Assembly (NCBI RefSeq): GCF_001194135.2
Contig: NC_068997.1
Coordinates: 5,550,895 to 5,614,894, forward strand
Origin: Octopus bimaculoides
Lineage: Eukaryota
DNA length: 64,000 nucleotides
Reading direction: 5' to 3'
Position numbers and translations under genes: made by a program. The notes under the pieces are model-generated. The model was not told the origin of the DNA, ran no database searches, and saw only the letters and a program-made list of their open reading frames with translations. Below are positions 27,340 to 42,149 of this stretch, in pieces (the stretch's first letter is position 1; each line of letters begins with the position of its first letter).

Positions 27340-27640
27340 TATGTGAAGGTGCATGGCTCAGTGGTTAGAGCGTCAGGTTCACAATCATGTGATAGTGAGT
27401 TTGATTCCTGGACTGGCTGTGTGTTGTGTTCTTGAGCAAGACACTCTATTTCACTTTGCTCCAGTTCACTCAGCTGTAGAAATGAGTGCCAAGCTGTATT
27501 GGCCTTTGCCTTTCCCTTGGATAACATCAGTGGCACGGGCGACTGCTAGTCTTCCATAAACAACTTTGCCCTGACTTGTGCCTTGGAGGGTAACTTTCTA
27601 GGTGCAATCCCATGGTCATTCATAACCAAAGGGAGTCTCT
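27340..27640 (+). mobile_element. Another tRNA-derived SINE family; copies also at about 43150-43400 and 58420-58620
   Basis: A-box-like tggctcagtggttagagc, B-box-like gtttgattcc, and centre cttgagcaagacact..ctccagttcactcagctg. Confidence 0.65.
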
Positions 27641-29689
27641 ACCTTTTTACAACCAGATGTGGTTAGTTAGATCAACAGATAACTCCATTTTCTGCTTTAT
27701 ATGGCAGCCATATTTTGTTTGGATAATGAAGTCCTTTCATACTTTGAATAAAGATGGGATGCTTTTGATCAAAGGTCTACTTGCTGAAAGTCATTCTGGG
27801 ACTAAACAGTAACTAAATTCTTACTTTCTCTAAATCTTTTTTGATCACTGTTCTTTCTGTTGTTTCTGGAATTACTACTTTTAGTCCTCCATGTTACTGC
27901 TCCACTCCCACCTCTCTATTTCTTTTTCCCAAGATCCCTTCCCCTTTTAAAAATACTGTTATATCCCACTCTGCTGCTTCAAAGAAAAAAAGAAAGAAAT
28001 CTGTTCCTACTCCATCACACTCCTCCTCTTATTCCTCCCTTACTTTAGTTACTAAGGCTAACCCATTGTTTCTTTTTCCCTTTCCTTTACCAGTCTCTGA
28101 GGCTCTGCAATAAATAAAGGTCACAGAAACTGCCCTTCCTCCTGTAACCAAGTACCAAAAAAAAAAAAAAAAAAAAGTACATTTTTGGAGCTTGTTACTC
28201 GGAATACAATCCATACACACACACAGAGCAGCTAGCATAAAAATGCATCGTGTTGTANNNNNNNNNNNNNNNNNNNNNNNNNNNNNNNNNNNNNNNNNNN
28301 NNNNNNNNNNNNNNNNNNNNNNNNNNNNNNNNNNNNNNNNNNNNNNNNNNNNNNNNNNNNNNNNNNNNNNNNNNNNNNNNNNNNNNNNNNNNNNNNNNNN
28401 NNNNNNNNNNNNNNNNNNNNNNNNNNNNNNNNNNNNNNNNNNNNNNNNNNNNNNNNNNNNNNNNNNNNNNNNNNNNNNNNNNNNNNNNNNNNNNNNNNNN
28501 NNNNNNNNNNNNNNNNNNNNNNNNNNNNNNNNNNNNNNNNNNNNNNNNNNNNNNNNNNNNNNNNNNNNNNNNNNNNNNNNNNNNNNNNNNNNNNNNNNNN
28601 NNNNNNNNNNNNNNNNNNNNNNNNNNNNNNNNNNNNNNNNNNNNNNNNNNNNNNNNNNNNNNNNNNNNNNNNNNNNNNNNNNNNNNNNNNNNNNNNNNNN
28701 NNNNNNNNNNNNNNNNNNNNNNNNNNNNNNNNNNNNNNNNNNNNNNNNNNNNNNNNNNNNNNNNNNNNNNNNATATATATATATATATATATATACATAT
28801 TGATAATCAAAGATGGGTGTGTCATCATCATTTTTGCATCCAGTTTCCATGCTAGTATGGATTGGCTCAGTAGTTACATTCTGAGTCAGTTCGTATTCAT
28901 TGTTACTGCCTTCTGAGATGAACTAGGAACTACCTCTTGCTTGTGTGTTTTATTTTTGGCATGGTTTCTATGGGTGGATGTTTTTCCTGCAAAACAAACA
29001 CTTTACGGAATTTAGTGGGTATATTTCATTGTGGCACCAGCACCAGAAGGAGTAATCATGTCCTTAGCAAGACTAAGTCCTTTCAACCCTGGATTGTCTA
29101 CCGATCCTGGAGTGGAACAGAACCCTAAACCATATGGTTGTGGGGAGAACTTCTTAACCACACAGCCATGTCTACACCTAGAATGGTGGCTGTAAATATT
29201 GAGTTTAGGGAGGGGTTTTGATGACCAGCAGTACAGGAGTTAGATATTAGGGTGTGTGGAGTCTGGTGTGTGCAGTACAGAAGGATAATGTAAGTGGAGA
29301 GTAGGGTGTATACACTATTAGGGTATATGGAGAGTGGGCAAATCCTATACAATCCCTAATTACACAAGCATTGTAATGGGAGATGCTGACAGATTTAGTG
29401 ACATCTTTCATTGTGTAGGCAGCATGATAGAGTGAATAGGGGAAAGGGTGAAACCCCCAAATGCAATGTGAATAAATTATGTCAAATTTATTCACATTGA
29501 TTTGAATTAATCATGCATTATCTTGTAGCTTTAAGATTACAATGATGTGATTTCATATTCTTACGACATTGTTAGACAGGTGTGAGAGGCCAGATGTGGT
29601 CAGTTTGAACATAAAACAGGTAGAAAATTTGGGGCTGGATATAGCTAGTTTAAATGCAAAAGAGTTCTCTCTCTCTCTCTCTCTTTATA

Positions 29690-29731
<42 letters not shown>

Positions 29732-29899
29732 CCAGTGTCCATTACTGTCATCATTTTAATGTATATTTCACCATGTTGGTGCAGGTGGATGTACTTCTCC
29801 AGTAGGACTGTGTACCATTAATTGTTGTGGTCTTTTGTGTTCTCTTTTATGAGGCTCAGCTCAAAAATAAAAGACAATCTAAAGAAGTAAAACATGGAA

Positions 29900-30830
29900 G
29901 CTATAAGATCCCTTGGTTAGTTGTAGGTTCAGAGAAACTCTAATTGATGGCAGAGGAAAGGAGATTAAGACTTAGAGGACAACCAGGGTTCCATGTGAGA
30001 AAACCTGCTGAAGGTTACAGATTATATCTGTGGCTGGTGCAAAGTCTTAGATGAGAGGTAGAATGCTATGGGAGATAGAGCCATTAAATCTAAGAAAGAG
30101 ACTTCTGAAGATTCAAAGAAAGCGAGCAGCTGTGAGTGTTACCAAGTACCTAGAAGAGAAGCAAGGTGTTGAGTATATTTAGCTAGGGGAGAAGCAGAAG
30201 TGAAAATGTTTGCATATGTTTTGTGACAGGAGGACCAGAAGCATGAAGCATTCCAGATTGCAAGACTGTGCCAGAAGAAATACTTATGCCAATGAAAAGA
30301 AGTGTATTTGGAATGATAGAAGCACACTTGCCCTTAACATTGCTGAAGAGAAAAGGGATAGGGAAGTGCTATCATGAGAAAAAGTTGAACAAGGAGAATG
30401 TATGAGAAAGAGAGGATTTATCCTAAGTAGACCCAACAGAGGGACCAGTCATCTAGGCTGAGACTGCAACATAGTGGATAAAGCAATTAAGGATACAAAA
30501 GCAAGGAATACAGCTGGTTTGTCAAGGATAGGCACAAAGGTGCTGAAAATATGGTGAAGTAGATCATGTTCTTGTCATGTGTATAATGAGTGTGATGAAT
30601 GAATAAGAGATAGAGATATGCTAAGTGAAAAAACTGGATATAAGAGTAATCAGATATAGTGTGTAGGAGAGAAGAGAGTTGTGCTTGCTATGGGTATGTG
30701 ATGCATATGAGGTATAAAGAAGTGCAGGGTGCTCTTAGAGATTGGAACAGAAAGAGAGAGAGATGTAACAAAACTATGAAAATTTTGTCTCAGAATGCTG
30801 GGTCTCATGATGATGATGAAAAAAAGATTG
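29900..30830 (+). mobile_element. Degenerate RTE LINE segments
   Basis: Decayed linker-like coding sequence plus a 3-prime piece (gtgtaggagagaagagagttgtgcttgctatgggtatgtgatgcatatg) similar to the other RTE copies. Confidence 0.5.
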
Positions 30831-31003
30831 TGATAATTAGTGATAGGTGGTGCTGGAGAGGACCTTTCCACCTGTGCAAAGCTTGTGAAACAAACATTGG
30901 ATGGTAATAGTGTTGGAGACTGGCAGGTATATGATCTCCCATTTAATGCAACCTCTGTAACTGTCTCTTTATTCATCCCCAGACTCATTGGTATCCTACC
31001 ATT

Positions 31004-31041
<38 letters not shown>

Positions 31042-31723
31042 CCATGCTGTCATTTTACCGGTGAGTTTTGCCAGAAAAAGCTTCTAAAAGTTTGGAGTAA
31101 GTTTTGGGAAACTGCTTCAAGTTTCTTTGGTGATAACCGTTGCAAAGTGCAGTGTGAGCAACTACATAAAAACTCCTGTACTGGTTTACTTGCATTTCAT
31201 CATGATGATGGTTATGATCATTGTTGATTATAATGAAACTTAGTATTACTATAATACATCCAAGCTTTTATCTTTGTAAATCCTTAAAACCTGTTTAATA
31301 ATTAAGTTGTTATATTCTCAATATCAGCTTTGACTGAGTTCAGTCTTATTGTGTTTATTTTATTTTTATGAAAGAAAGCATTATTAATTAAAATAAATCA
31401 TTATTTTATTTTTTAATCCTTGAATTAACTAATAAACAGTTGCTATCTTTGCTTAACAACAGTTTTTTTTTATTCAATTATATTTTCATGTTTTATTTTT
31501 TATTCTATTTCCAAGTTATCAATAATAAAAATAATGCATAACTTTTAATTAGATTCTCATTAACAATATGTTTTGTAAACCTATTATCTTACCTGTTCAG
31601 AAGTTATAAATAAGCTTGTTAATGTTAAGGTAATATAACAATTGACAGGTGGTGGGTGGGGATTTGAGTGAAGGATTAAATTGTACCACTTCAGTAACAC
31701 CAACAAACGGCAATAATAATGAT

Positions 31724-32590
31724 GGTTTCAGATTTTGTGTACAAGGCCAGCAATTTTAGTGGGGGGAGGAGTTAATTGATTACATCAACCCCAGTACTTG
31801 ACTAGTATTGTATTTTACCAACCCCAGAGGGATGTAAGGCAAAGTTTGCCTCAGTAGAATTTGAGCTTAAAATGTAAAGAGTTGGAAAAAACAAATGCTG
31901 TTAAGCATTTTGGCTGATATGCTAACAACTCTACCGACTTTCCATCCTTTGCCTTTAATAATGATAATAATGGTTTCTGATTTAAATACAAGCCAAAGAA
32001 ATTTCAGGCAAGGGATTAAGTTGATTGCCATCTGCCTCAGCATTTTACTGGTACTTTATTTTGACAATCTCAGAGAAATGAAAATCAGGGTTAATCGCTT
32101 GATAAGATTTGAACTCAGAACAGAAAGAACCTGTACAAATACTGCAAAGCAATTTTCCCCAACACTCTAATGCTTCTGCCACTTTTGATGGTTTCTGATT
32201 TGGATACAAGACCAACAATTTTAAGATGAAGGGATTAGTCCAGTAATGACATGATGCTTTATTTTATCAATCTCGAAAGGAAGAAAGGCAAAATTGAGCT
32301 TGGAAAGATTTTACCTCGGATTGTAAAGAGCTGGAAGAAATGCTGTTGAGTAGTTTGTCTGACATACTTATGATTCTGCCAGCTCACTGCCTTTGTTTCA
32401 ACTTTTTTAATGGGAGGAAGCGAGTCAATTGCATTGACCTCAGTGTTCAAGTGGTACTTATTTTATTGACCTTGAAAGGATGAAAAGCAAAATTGCCTCT
32501 GCATGATTTGAACCTACTATGTAAAGAGTTGGAAGAAATGCCACTAAGCATTTTGTTCGACATGCTAATGAGTCTACCAGTTTGCTGCTT
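31724..32590 (-). mobile_element. Four head-to-tail copies of a tRNA-derived SINE with a Meta/MESC-like centre; other copies at 15660-15860, 21085-21260, 35320-35480 (+), 38470-38680 and 53240-53450
   Basis: Each unit carries tggtacttattttatt(c)gac..gaaaggatgaaaggcaaagt..gaatttgaactcagaac..ctgccagctc..gcctt. The domain name is from memory. Confidence 0.7.
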
Positions 32591-33777
32591 AAATAATAAT
32601 GGTAATTCATCAAGGTCAACCACGGCAGTGTTTGATATGAGAATACCGTAAGGTGGTGTAGGGAAGGGCTTTGCAAGTATTAGTACAACTTTCTGTGTAT
32701 TGAGACTGAATCCTGCTAGTGTTGATAAAATGATCAGCACCAATCAACAATTGTTATCAAGTAAATTGAGTATAATCTTCTTAAAACTGAAATCCTTTTT
32801 ATTCAAAGCATAGTCACAAGATCCTACATTATCAGCTTATGGATTTAGGTGGGTTGGAATTCCAGGCACAATCCCCACTAGCCTTTATATTATATCTATG
32901 ACCACACTTTCAATGTTTTTTCTTTAAATCTGGTAGATTGTGATATGAAGGAGATATGGCTGCTGTGTGTATCAACATGTAGGCTCCTTATGGAGGTGGT
33001 GAAAAAAAAATGTTAGGGTAGAGTAGTGGGGATTGGGGCAGTGTCGTTAGTCAACCCTAACAGTTCTTCATAGTCACTCACACCACTGTTCTCACTTTTA
33101 TATTCTTTACCTTGATCCCCACAATTCATGGGAACCTCTTTCATTTTATTAGAAATAGCAGATAAAGCTCTGTTCAAATCATACTTTCTCTCCTTGCTTA
33201 CCATAGGAGAATATATAAGGATAATATGGTCCTAGAAGCACTGTCTAAAAATAAGATTTTTAGACACACTGGTTGTGATCAGAATACCTTACTTCTGGTT
33301 GATCACAGCTAAATAATCTGTACAAGTACAGGCATAGCTATGTGGTTAAGAATTTCTCTTCTCAGTCATGTGGTTTTAGGTTTAGCTCCACTGTGCAGCA
33401 GCTTGAGTGAGTGTCTTCTCTAGCTCTAGGTTGACCAATGCCTTATGAATGAATTTCATAAGCATAGACTGAAAAAATACCTATCATCGTCTTTGTCATC
33501 ATTATTGTTTTAACATCCACTTTTCCATGCTTGCACAAGTTGGATGGATTTCATTGAGGCAGGTTTTCTATGGTCGGTTGCCCTTCCTGTTGCTATCCCT
33601 TACCTGTTTCCAAACAAGGATAGGGTAATCTTTTCCTATGATGGGGCATGATTTTACAGATTAGAAATGAATGACACCACTTGTGTGACAGTAGCTCACA
33701 TTTACTAACTATCATACTATATCAAAACAAAGAAGCACAAACATGCATACAACACATTCATATGCACACACACGCAT

Positions 33778-33823
<46 letters not shown>

Positions 33824-34123
33824 ACCATCATTATTAGTATTATTATTATTATCATCATCATCATCATCATCATCATCATTCTAACATCCATTTTTCTATG
33901 CTTGCATGGTTTGAATGAAATTTTTTTGAGTCTGATTTTCTGCAGCTATATGCCCTTCCTATTGCCAATCCTCTCTTGTTTCCAAGTAAGGTAATATTTC
34001 CCCAAGACCAGACATGTTTTCGTAGAAGATTGGAAACAAAGGAATCAGTTGTATGACAGTGACACTTGTTTTACACTTTACATATATCATGTAATGTCAA
34101 AACTAGGAGATAGTAGTACATAT

Positions 34124-34159
<36 letters not shown>

Positions 34160-35487
34160 CCATACACACATACACACATGATGAGCTTCTTTCAGTTTTC
34201 ATCTACCAAATATAATCTCAAGGTGTCACACAGTGAGACTGAACCTGAAGCCACATGGTTGGGAAGCAAACTTTGTAACAGCTTAGCTATGCTTGTGTCA
34301 TCTTGACATCACATGCCAGTTGTGAGTAAATATTATTCTCATACAAATGGTGCTCTTTGTTTGCAATCTCCTGTGAAAACATTCTTGGACTAGGGGAAAA
34401 TATTACCTTGCTTAGAAGCAGGTGTAGGTTGGCAACAGGATGAGCATCTGGCTTTAGAAACTCTACTTCGACACATCCCATTTGATATATACAAGCAGGG
34501 AAAAGTAACTGTTAAAAGGATGATAACGGTGATGATGGTGATAGTGATGGTGATAATGTGATACAGTCTGGTTTTGCTTTCATTTCAGAACAACAGTTTT
34601 TAGTAATATTTGTACTTATGGTCAGTAAGTGTTTTGCAACTTCAGTCTTATTGGATTGATATAATTTTTTTTCCTCAGTAGTAAAAAAGAAACCGTTTAT
34701 TGATATTAAAATTTACAAGTCAGAAGAATCTAACATAACCTAATCTCTATTGGGAAGTAGTGCCAATAGTAAATGCTAGGAAGTGCATGTCTTTGTGGAA
34801 GCCAAAGAGTTTCATGGAATTGCTCTAATTGACACTGTTATTTGATGCCATTTTACCAACACACACAAAAGTTGTCTGGTATTTTTACAGTCTCTTCATA
34901 ATATTCTTTGAAGTTGTCAGGGCTGGGTCACTGGGTGGGACAGAGCTGTGTATGTTCTTCAATTCTGGGGACTGTGGTTCTGGAAAAATAGTTTATCTCT
35001 TCTGCTGACTGCTTTAGAAGTATTTTTTCTTTCTGTCATCACCATCAATATCTGTCATGTTCCCTAACATCACCATCCTCAACACTTAAACTATCATTAC
35101 TACCACCATTAGCATCTTGGCCTGCTAGAAATAGTAGTCAAATTTGGTCAGATCACATACTGCTTTCTTAAAAAGAAAGAAAATATTTTAGATAATATAG
35201 TCCAAGATAAACTTTTTGAAATAAAAAGCTAGGATAATCATGCTAGGTCAGAGTTTATTACTTGGAGTTAAAAACCGTATAATCAATATTACCAATGTCA
35301 GTGTTATTACCACTTGCAATATATATTTTGACTCTTTGCACTGAGTTCAAATTCTGCTAAAGTTGGCTTTACCTTCCATCCTTTCAGGGTTGATAAGTTA
35401 AAGTAGCAGTCAAATACTGGGGTCAGTGTTATCGTCTAACCTCTGCCCTCAAAATAACTGGCCTTGTGTCTAAAAGAAAAGCAATTA

Positions 35488-35808
35488 GGATCTTGTTCAA
35501 AACGGGGGCACCAGTATTTTCTTAACGAAACACTTTGAAACTTGGGACACTGGTAGAATGTGTCATATAAAACATCTTTTTCTCTTAGTCTTCTTAACAA
35601 AAAAACCTACATCGCAAGTTATTTCATGTTAAAGTTGTCATATTTCTGTAATTTCAACCAATAACTGACGTCCATTCAGCTGGATAAAAATTTTTTTCTG
35701 TTCTATAACACAAAATAGATAAGTATACGAAGTTTGAAAGTCTTTCGGTACACAAAACACTACATAAAACATTAATGAAAACTGGTGCCCCCGTTTTGAA
35801 CAAGATCC
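35488..35808. mobile_element. 321-bp MITE with perfect 28-bp TIRs and 8-bp TSD
   Basis: TIR ggatcttgttcaaaacgggggcaccagt at 35488-35515 and its reverse complement at 35781-35808; TSD AGCAATTA at 35480-35487 and 35809-35816. Confidence 0.92.
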
Positions 35809-37723
35809 AGCAATTATTACCATTATTAACATCATTACCAGTATGGAGGGTACCCTAATTCCACTTTACAGGCCAAACCTATTTTGGACTTCTCAAAGTT
35901 AAACCAGAAATTTTTAAAAACAATCTGATTCATTTAACTTTTTATGCATATTGACTAAAATTATGATTCATGCGCATCCACAAAGTAATTTCATTGCAGC
36001 TACAGCCTTCCATCTGTGACCATCCCATCCTGGAACGTCATCGTTCTTTTCCATGCTTGCATGGATTGGATAAAATTTGTATTTCATCCAGTTTCCTGAG
36101 AGCAGTACTTCACCCTGTTTCCAGAGGGCAGTGCTTTACTCAGTTTTCATGTTAACCTTCCTCTTCAAATGGTATTTGGAAGAAGGTAGTATTTAACTAA
36201 TGAGGAAAAGCCTTTATAGTCAGTCTTTTGTAAATGTGTCCACAATAGGATCTTCTTTTAATATGACCATCATTATTCATCCTTTCTTACTGAAGAAAAG
36301 CAGAGAAATGATTTTCATGGACAGAGGAAATCTTCTTGTTCTTCTTATCAATGGAAGACAGAAGTCTTCTCTTGTAGAGGCAAACTACTCACCCTTTCCT
36401 TGTTGAAGGAAAGCAGTGAGACCAGTGTTCACAACGAAGCCAATTATTTTCACAGAGGTCAATGACCAAACTTCTAAGAGTACCACTATCTTTTTGTATA
36501 GTTTGCAGTTTCATTTAATAGCTGCTAGTGTGTATTCACTCACTCATTCCTACACACTCTGTCTTGCTCACACTTTCACACATGACCTTGTAGTACTTCA
36601 GACTCTCTCTATTTCTCTGTCCTCCCTACTACACTGGCATGCACACACATACACACACTGAGTGGTTGGCATTAGGAAGGGCATCCAGCTGTAGAAAGTC
36701 TGCCAAATCAGACTGGAGCCTGGTGTTGCCATCCGGTTTCACCAGTCCTCAGTCAAATCGTCCAACCCATGCTAGCATGGAAAGCGGACGTTAAACGATG
36801 ATGATGATGATGATGATGATTAGATAGAATGCCAACTGTGCCACATGTATTAACACGAAGATATCAAGACTGAAAGAAGTAATTGCTATTTGCTATCAAA
36901 AATTGTTTTTCATTTCATTTCGTTTCTTCTTACTGTTATCATTGTTATCATTATTTTCTTGTAGAAAAATGGATGCATATATCAAGTCATGAATACACCA
37001 ACATTGGTTATCAACTGGTGGGCAAATACAAACACTAAGATACACATGCAAAGATGTGTGTGTGCGCACATGCACACACATGCGCATGAGTGTGATGGGT
37101 TTCTTTCAGTTTCTGTCTACCTAAGACACTTGCCCAAGGTGCTATGCAGTGGGACTGAACCTGGAACCATGTAGTTGGGAAGCAAACCTCTTATCACAGA
37201 GCCAGCTGTATAGCATACTTAATTATATAAGCCAGTTACAAGTATTTGTCCTGAGGTGCCATCTCTCATGGACTGATGTTAAAAGCAGTAAATATCAGAG
37301 AGAGATAAAAATTCACCCCAGCAGTGGCCAGTGATAGTACCAGATGCATTTTGGTCTTTTGGGGATTTTTCGTGCCTTTTTAGTGTCACATATTCTCTGA
37401 TATTTATTGTGATTTTTGACTCAGCAAGCCTGTAAGACATTACCTTAGAACAAATATTGCAGTAACTGGCCTATTGGTAGCGTGCATATATTAACCCTTT
37501 AGCATTTAATCCAGCCATATCCGGCCAAAATATTCTACCTGCTTTATATTCAAAATGGTCAGATATGACCTTCACACCTACTCTACAACAACATTCTAAA
37601 AATAAACTACACACCATCAAAATCTTAAAGCTATGAGATAGGTCATGATTAATACAAAACAATGGGAAGAAATAAGCATTACATTTAACAGAGTAATCTG
37701 AATTTTAATGGGCATGCTACATA

Positions 37724-37928
37724 TGAGGCAGTGCTGAAAAATTCCTGGCTTTGGGTAAAAGAAAATACAGGAGGGTCAGTTAATTATGATTCTATTCAAC
37801 ATATTCCCCCTCTCAGATTTACACACTTCAAGTTTTCTAAGCCCTGTAAAAGAACTCGGATTGTTGGGCCTCCAATCAGACCTTTCACAATACCCTTAAA
37901 GCCAGGAACCTTTCAGCACCCCTGCGCA
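37724..37928. mobile_element. mariner-type MITE, older copy of the 46130 family
   Basis: Collinear with 46130-46348; TIRs are decayed. Confidence 0.8.
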
Positions 37929-40900
37929 TATGGGTATTTTAATTAAATGCTGTCTCAGTCACATATACCAGATATATGTGTATACAGATATGTATACATA
38001 TGTAGTTGTGTGTGTGTGTGTGTATAGATATATATATTCTCACCCCACCTCCTATCCTTTTCTCTGAAGATTTGATACTAGTGATGTTCAGACCTTAAAA
38101 CAAACAGTAGACTCCACTCCCGTGATTCAGTGGTGGCAGTAGAGCAGCTGCAGCAACACTTGTGTTAGTCCTGTTAACTCTTAGTGGCAATACCTTTGGT
38201 GGTGGTAGTTGTTTAGCCTCCAGTCAGCCCTGATGAGCATGATAGAAAGCATTTCACTCATCACTAACCTGTCTTTTTGTCCTATATGCAGGGAAAGCCA
38301 GGACCACATAATTGAGCATGTCCTATAAGACACTAGGATGTAATTTTAAGGGAAATTTAGCTGTTATTTCTAGCAGATTGAAAGACTATAGAAGCTCCAT
38401 CATTTGGCTGAGTTATATTGTTGGGTTTAATATTAATGGGTAGAAGTAATAATGATAATATTTCTTTTTAATTTCAGTATAAGGACAGCCATTTTAAGGA
38501 GAAGGTGTTAGTTGATAACATTGACCCTAGTGCTCAATTAGTACCCCCGTTATCAAATCCTGAAAGGATGAAAAGCAAAGTTGACTTCTGTGGTATTTGA
38601 ACTTAGAACATAAAAAGCCAGAAGAAATGTTGTTAAACATTTTGTCTAACATGCTAACAATTCTGCCAGCTCACCATCTTGATGATAGTGATGATGATAA
38701 ATAATAACTGCGATAGCAGTAATTAATATTCCTCTAATTTGTTAGTGTTGGTAGTGGTTGCAGTAAAATTCTTCTAGTTTCCACCTAATTATTTAATCAT
38801 TTAATGATGCAAATGAAGATTTATTTAATTATGAAGATTGATATTTGATAATTAATTACCACAACTGTTTTGTTGATGTTGATCTTAATGGTGTTGTTGC
38901 TGATATGGAAAAAGCTCATTATATATGTTTTGGTGTTGTATTCTAGATATGCCCTACTTTAATCTATTCCAAGATGACCCATGTTGCACACTCTACCATG
39001 TAATGATTGTTGTTGTTCAGCCCCAGGTTAATGCAGGGTGAGCAGATCTGTGACTTGTTGGGAGCTGCCCAAACAATTGGTAGTAATCCTCAGATTTACA
39101 CCTCTTGATATGCTGAGCAAGTTTTTACATGGTGCTCAGTCTGCTAGAAAGAACAGCCACATCTTCCTCAAACTTTACCATCATTTTAATATTTACTTTT
39201 CAATGCTTGCATAGGTCAGCAGAAATTTGTTACGGTAGATTTTCTAAAGCAGGGTACCCTTCCTGTCACCAACCCTCACCTGTTTCAAAGCAAGGTAATA
39301 TTTTAGTCTAGTCCAGGCATGTTTTTCATGGAAGATTGCAAACACATAACTGCTTGTACAAATGGTGACTCTTGTTTACAATTAGACAAGGTGCCTCTCC
39401 CCACTACATGTACACAGATATTGGATAATTGTCTTGTAAAGAAGACTACACCACAAAACACTTGTTACTTATTAAAGGCAAGAAATGAAATGGTTTGGTC
39501 ATATAGTACAACAGCAAGTTACTCCTACTTCAAGGGAATGCGGTTCTCCATAGACAGGTGACTTCTCAAAGGGGTATAGGATGGTTTGAGAAGGTGGTTA
39601 AGTAACAAAAAATTGATTAAATTAGTGGCAACCAAGTAGGCTGATGACTGAGGATGTAGAGTAGAGGACATTTATTGTGCACCAATAGTCTCTACTAGTT
39701 ACATACTTTAATGTAATATGAGAAAAATAAGACAGGGTGGCCATGGCTAGAATGTAGGTTAGATAATAAGAGTTTCATCATAGACAGCCATAACTGTGAG
39801 TATCTTGTTCTTTTGCATAATAAAGACTACATTCTCTAATGTGTTCTTTTTTAAACCAGTAGGATAGAATCTACAGGAAATTTGCTGCTATTTTTAGCAA
39901 TTTGTGTGCTTACATAAAGGCTTTATTGGTTACATAGGTGTGCAGTGTGGCACTGAAAATGCCTTGTACCTATTTTATTTTCCAGTCTAAGCAGAGTGTT
40001 ACTCTTTTTCATAAAAAATGCTCTGTTGCTGGCACTAGCAGGTTGTGGGTGGAGTAAACCAGGTAGGTTAACTTCCAAAATGGCTTGTTGCCTGTTCTTT
40101 CATAGGCACAAATGAAACTTTGTGGTTAAGAATTTTGCTTTCCAACAACATGATTTGGGGTTCAGTCAATGGATTTGGTGGATGAAATCTAAAAGAAGCC
40201 AATCATGTGTGTGTGCTTTATATCTCCTTGTCTTGACACTGTGTAATAATTCTAAATGATTACTACTGTCAAGCAGTGTCATTTGTTTCCAATATTCTGT
40301 GCAAACACGTCTGGCAATGGAGAAATATTACTTTGCTTGGAAACTGGTAAGGGTTAGCAACAGGAATGGCATCTGACCATACAAAAATATACCTTAATAA
40401 ACTCCAATAAATCCATGCAAGCATGGAAAAGTGGATATTAAATGATGATGTTGATGTACTAATATATTATGTTGGAGGAATTAAAAGTACTTACTGCTCC
40501 AAACACACAACAGACATTCATTCCTGTTGTGGATTTGAATTCAGAACTGTTCAGATCACAATGTGGTACACTACATTTGCTTGGAATTTCACTTCTACAT
40601 TGCAGAATGGACACCATCCATCACTTGGTTTTGGGTTAATAATGGTCAGTGTTGCAATTGTTTTTTTTCTTCCTTTTCTTGTTTACACATGCTGATGAAA
40701 CAATGCAGTGCCAAAGATGGGATCAGAACTATATATCATGTGGCTTCTATGTCAGCATTTTACCAACCTTGCTAGCAGTGATACTGTGTGAAACAATCAA
40801 AATATTTCACTCGCCAGCTGGGTTTTTTCTCATTGAAGTTTTGAATGTGATGCTTTTTCTCTCTCTCTCATCTTGACACCATTTTTTCTCCCCCCCCCCC

Positions 40901-42149
40901 ATGTTTGCTCAATCAAAGCTGACCTGTTGTAATCGAGCCATGTCAATCCTGCTTTATTTTTTTCAGAGATAACGTATCTAGTACATAATCCAATGTATCC
41001 TGTTTTTTTAAGATGTTAGGATGTAAATTTAGTGATATTTGGTTACTATTTTTAGCAAGAGGAGTTACTGTTTAGAGGCTCCCTTGCAGGTTACTAAAGC
41101 GTTGTTTAGTCTTTGGTCAGTTCTCATTGAGCAAATATGACAAACAGGCACCCCAGTCATGGCTATTGGCCTTTCTGAGGTCTGTAGGTCTGTATATGGC
41201 ACTGTGTAATTTGAGGGATATTCAATGCTATTTGTTTTAAATCAAACAACTTAGTGTTTCCCTTGTAAACTTGTCCAGTACAGCTGAACCAACTGGTGTG
41301 ATTTGATCTTTGGACCAACATAAATGACATTAAATGCTACATCAGTATTGTTACTAAATGATCCACACACGTCCATGAAGCCCATGCTACGTCTATCTTG
41401 TCTCACAGTTAAATAAGTTCACGAGTTCCTTCCTGTTGATTAATTAGTCCAAGCCTACTCTTTTGGCTGTGATTTTAATCATGGTATGTAGGGAGGGAAA
41501 ATCACTAAGAGGAATGTCATTGAACCATTCATGTTGGTTATTAATTATGCAAGGTTATAGTTTTAGCTTAATACCATGTGTGTGTGTGTGTGTGTGTGTT
41601 TTCTTGACAGTTATTGTTGTTTCTTTGTTTCACATTTAAACCGTAACTGTATTAAATTTAGTATTTTTGTTGTGTTAAGAGTATGTGTGTGTTTTATACT
41701 GAGTGAGTGTGTCTAAGTTGTACATTGAGTATGTGTGTGTTGTATACTGTGTGTGTGTGTGTGTGTTGTATACTGAGTGAGTGTGTGTATTGTATATTGA
41801 GTGTTGAAGAACCACAAAGAGGTTCTCTTTTTGACTGGATTCATAATGTTATAGCAGCTATGTGAGTCATTCTACTTGAAGAACCTAATCAATTTCTAAG
41901 GCAGGTACAATACATATTTTGATATATTTAAAAAAAAATTCTTTATTGGGATTAAAATATGAGTAGGACTTTGTGTTATCATTGAGCAGAAATGTGTCTA
42001 ATGATGAGCTAAGGTCCAATGGTCACAAATTACTTCTTTTAGAAGTTAATAAAAATAACAATATTAATCTAGAATAATAGACTTGCAAAATGACTTTGAA
42101 GCTTAGATGCTATTTCAACAAGATGGTTATGAAGAATTATAACTGGAGC

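Noticed and set aside
31724-32590. Regularly spaced repeats as a CRISPR-like array
   Set aside because: Units are ~220-bp diverged SINE copies in a eukaryotic intron; there are no short identical repeats with unique spacers and no cas genes.
38220-38260. CTGATGA-gcatgata-GAAA hammerhead-like string
   Set aside because: No stem II or stem I pairing; it arises from a deletion in the common ccctgatcgagcagacc repeat family.
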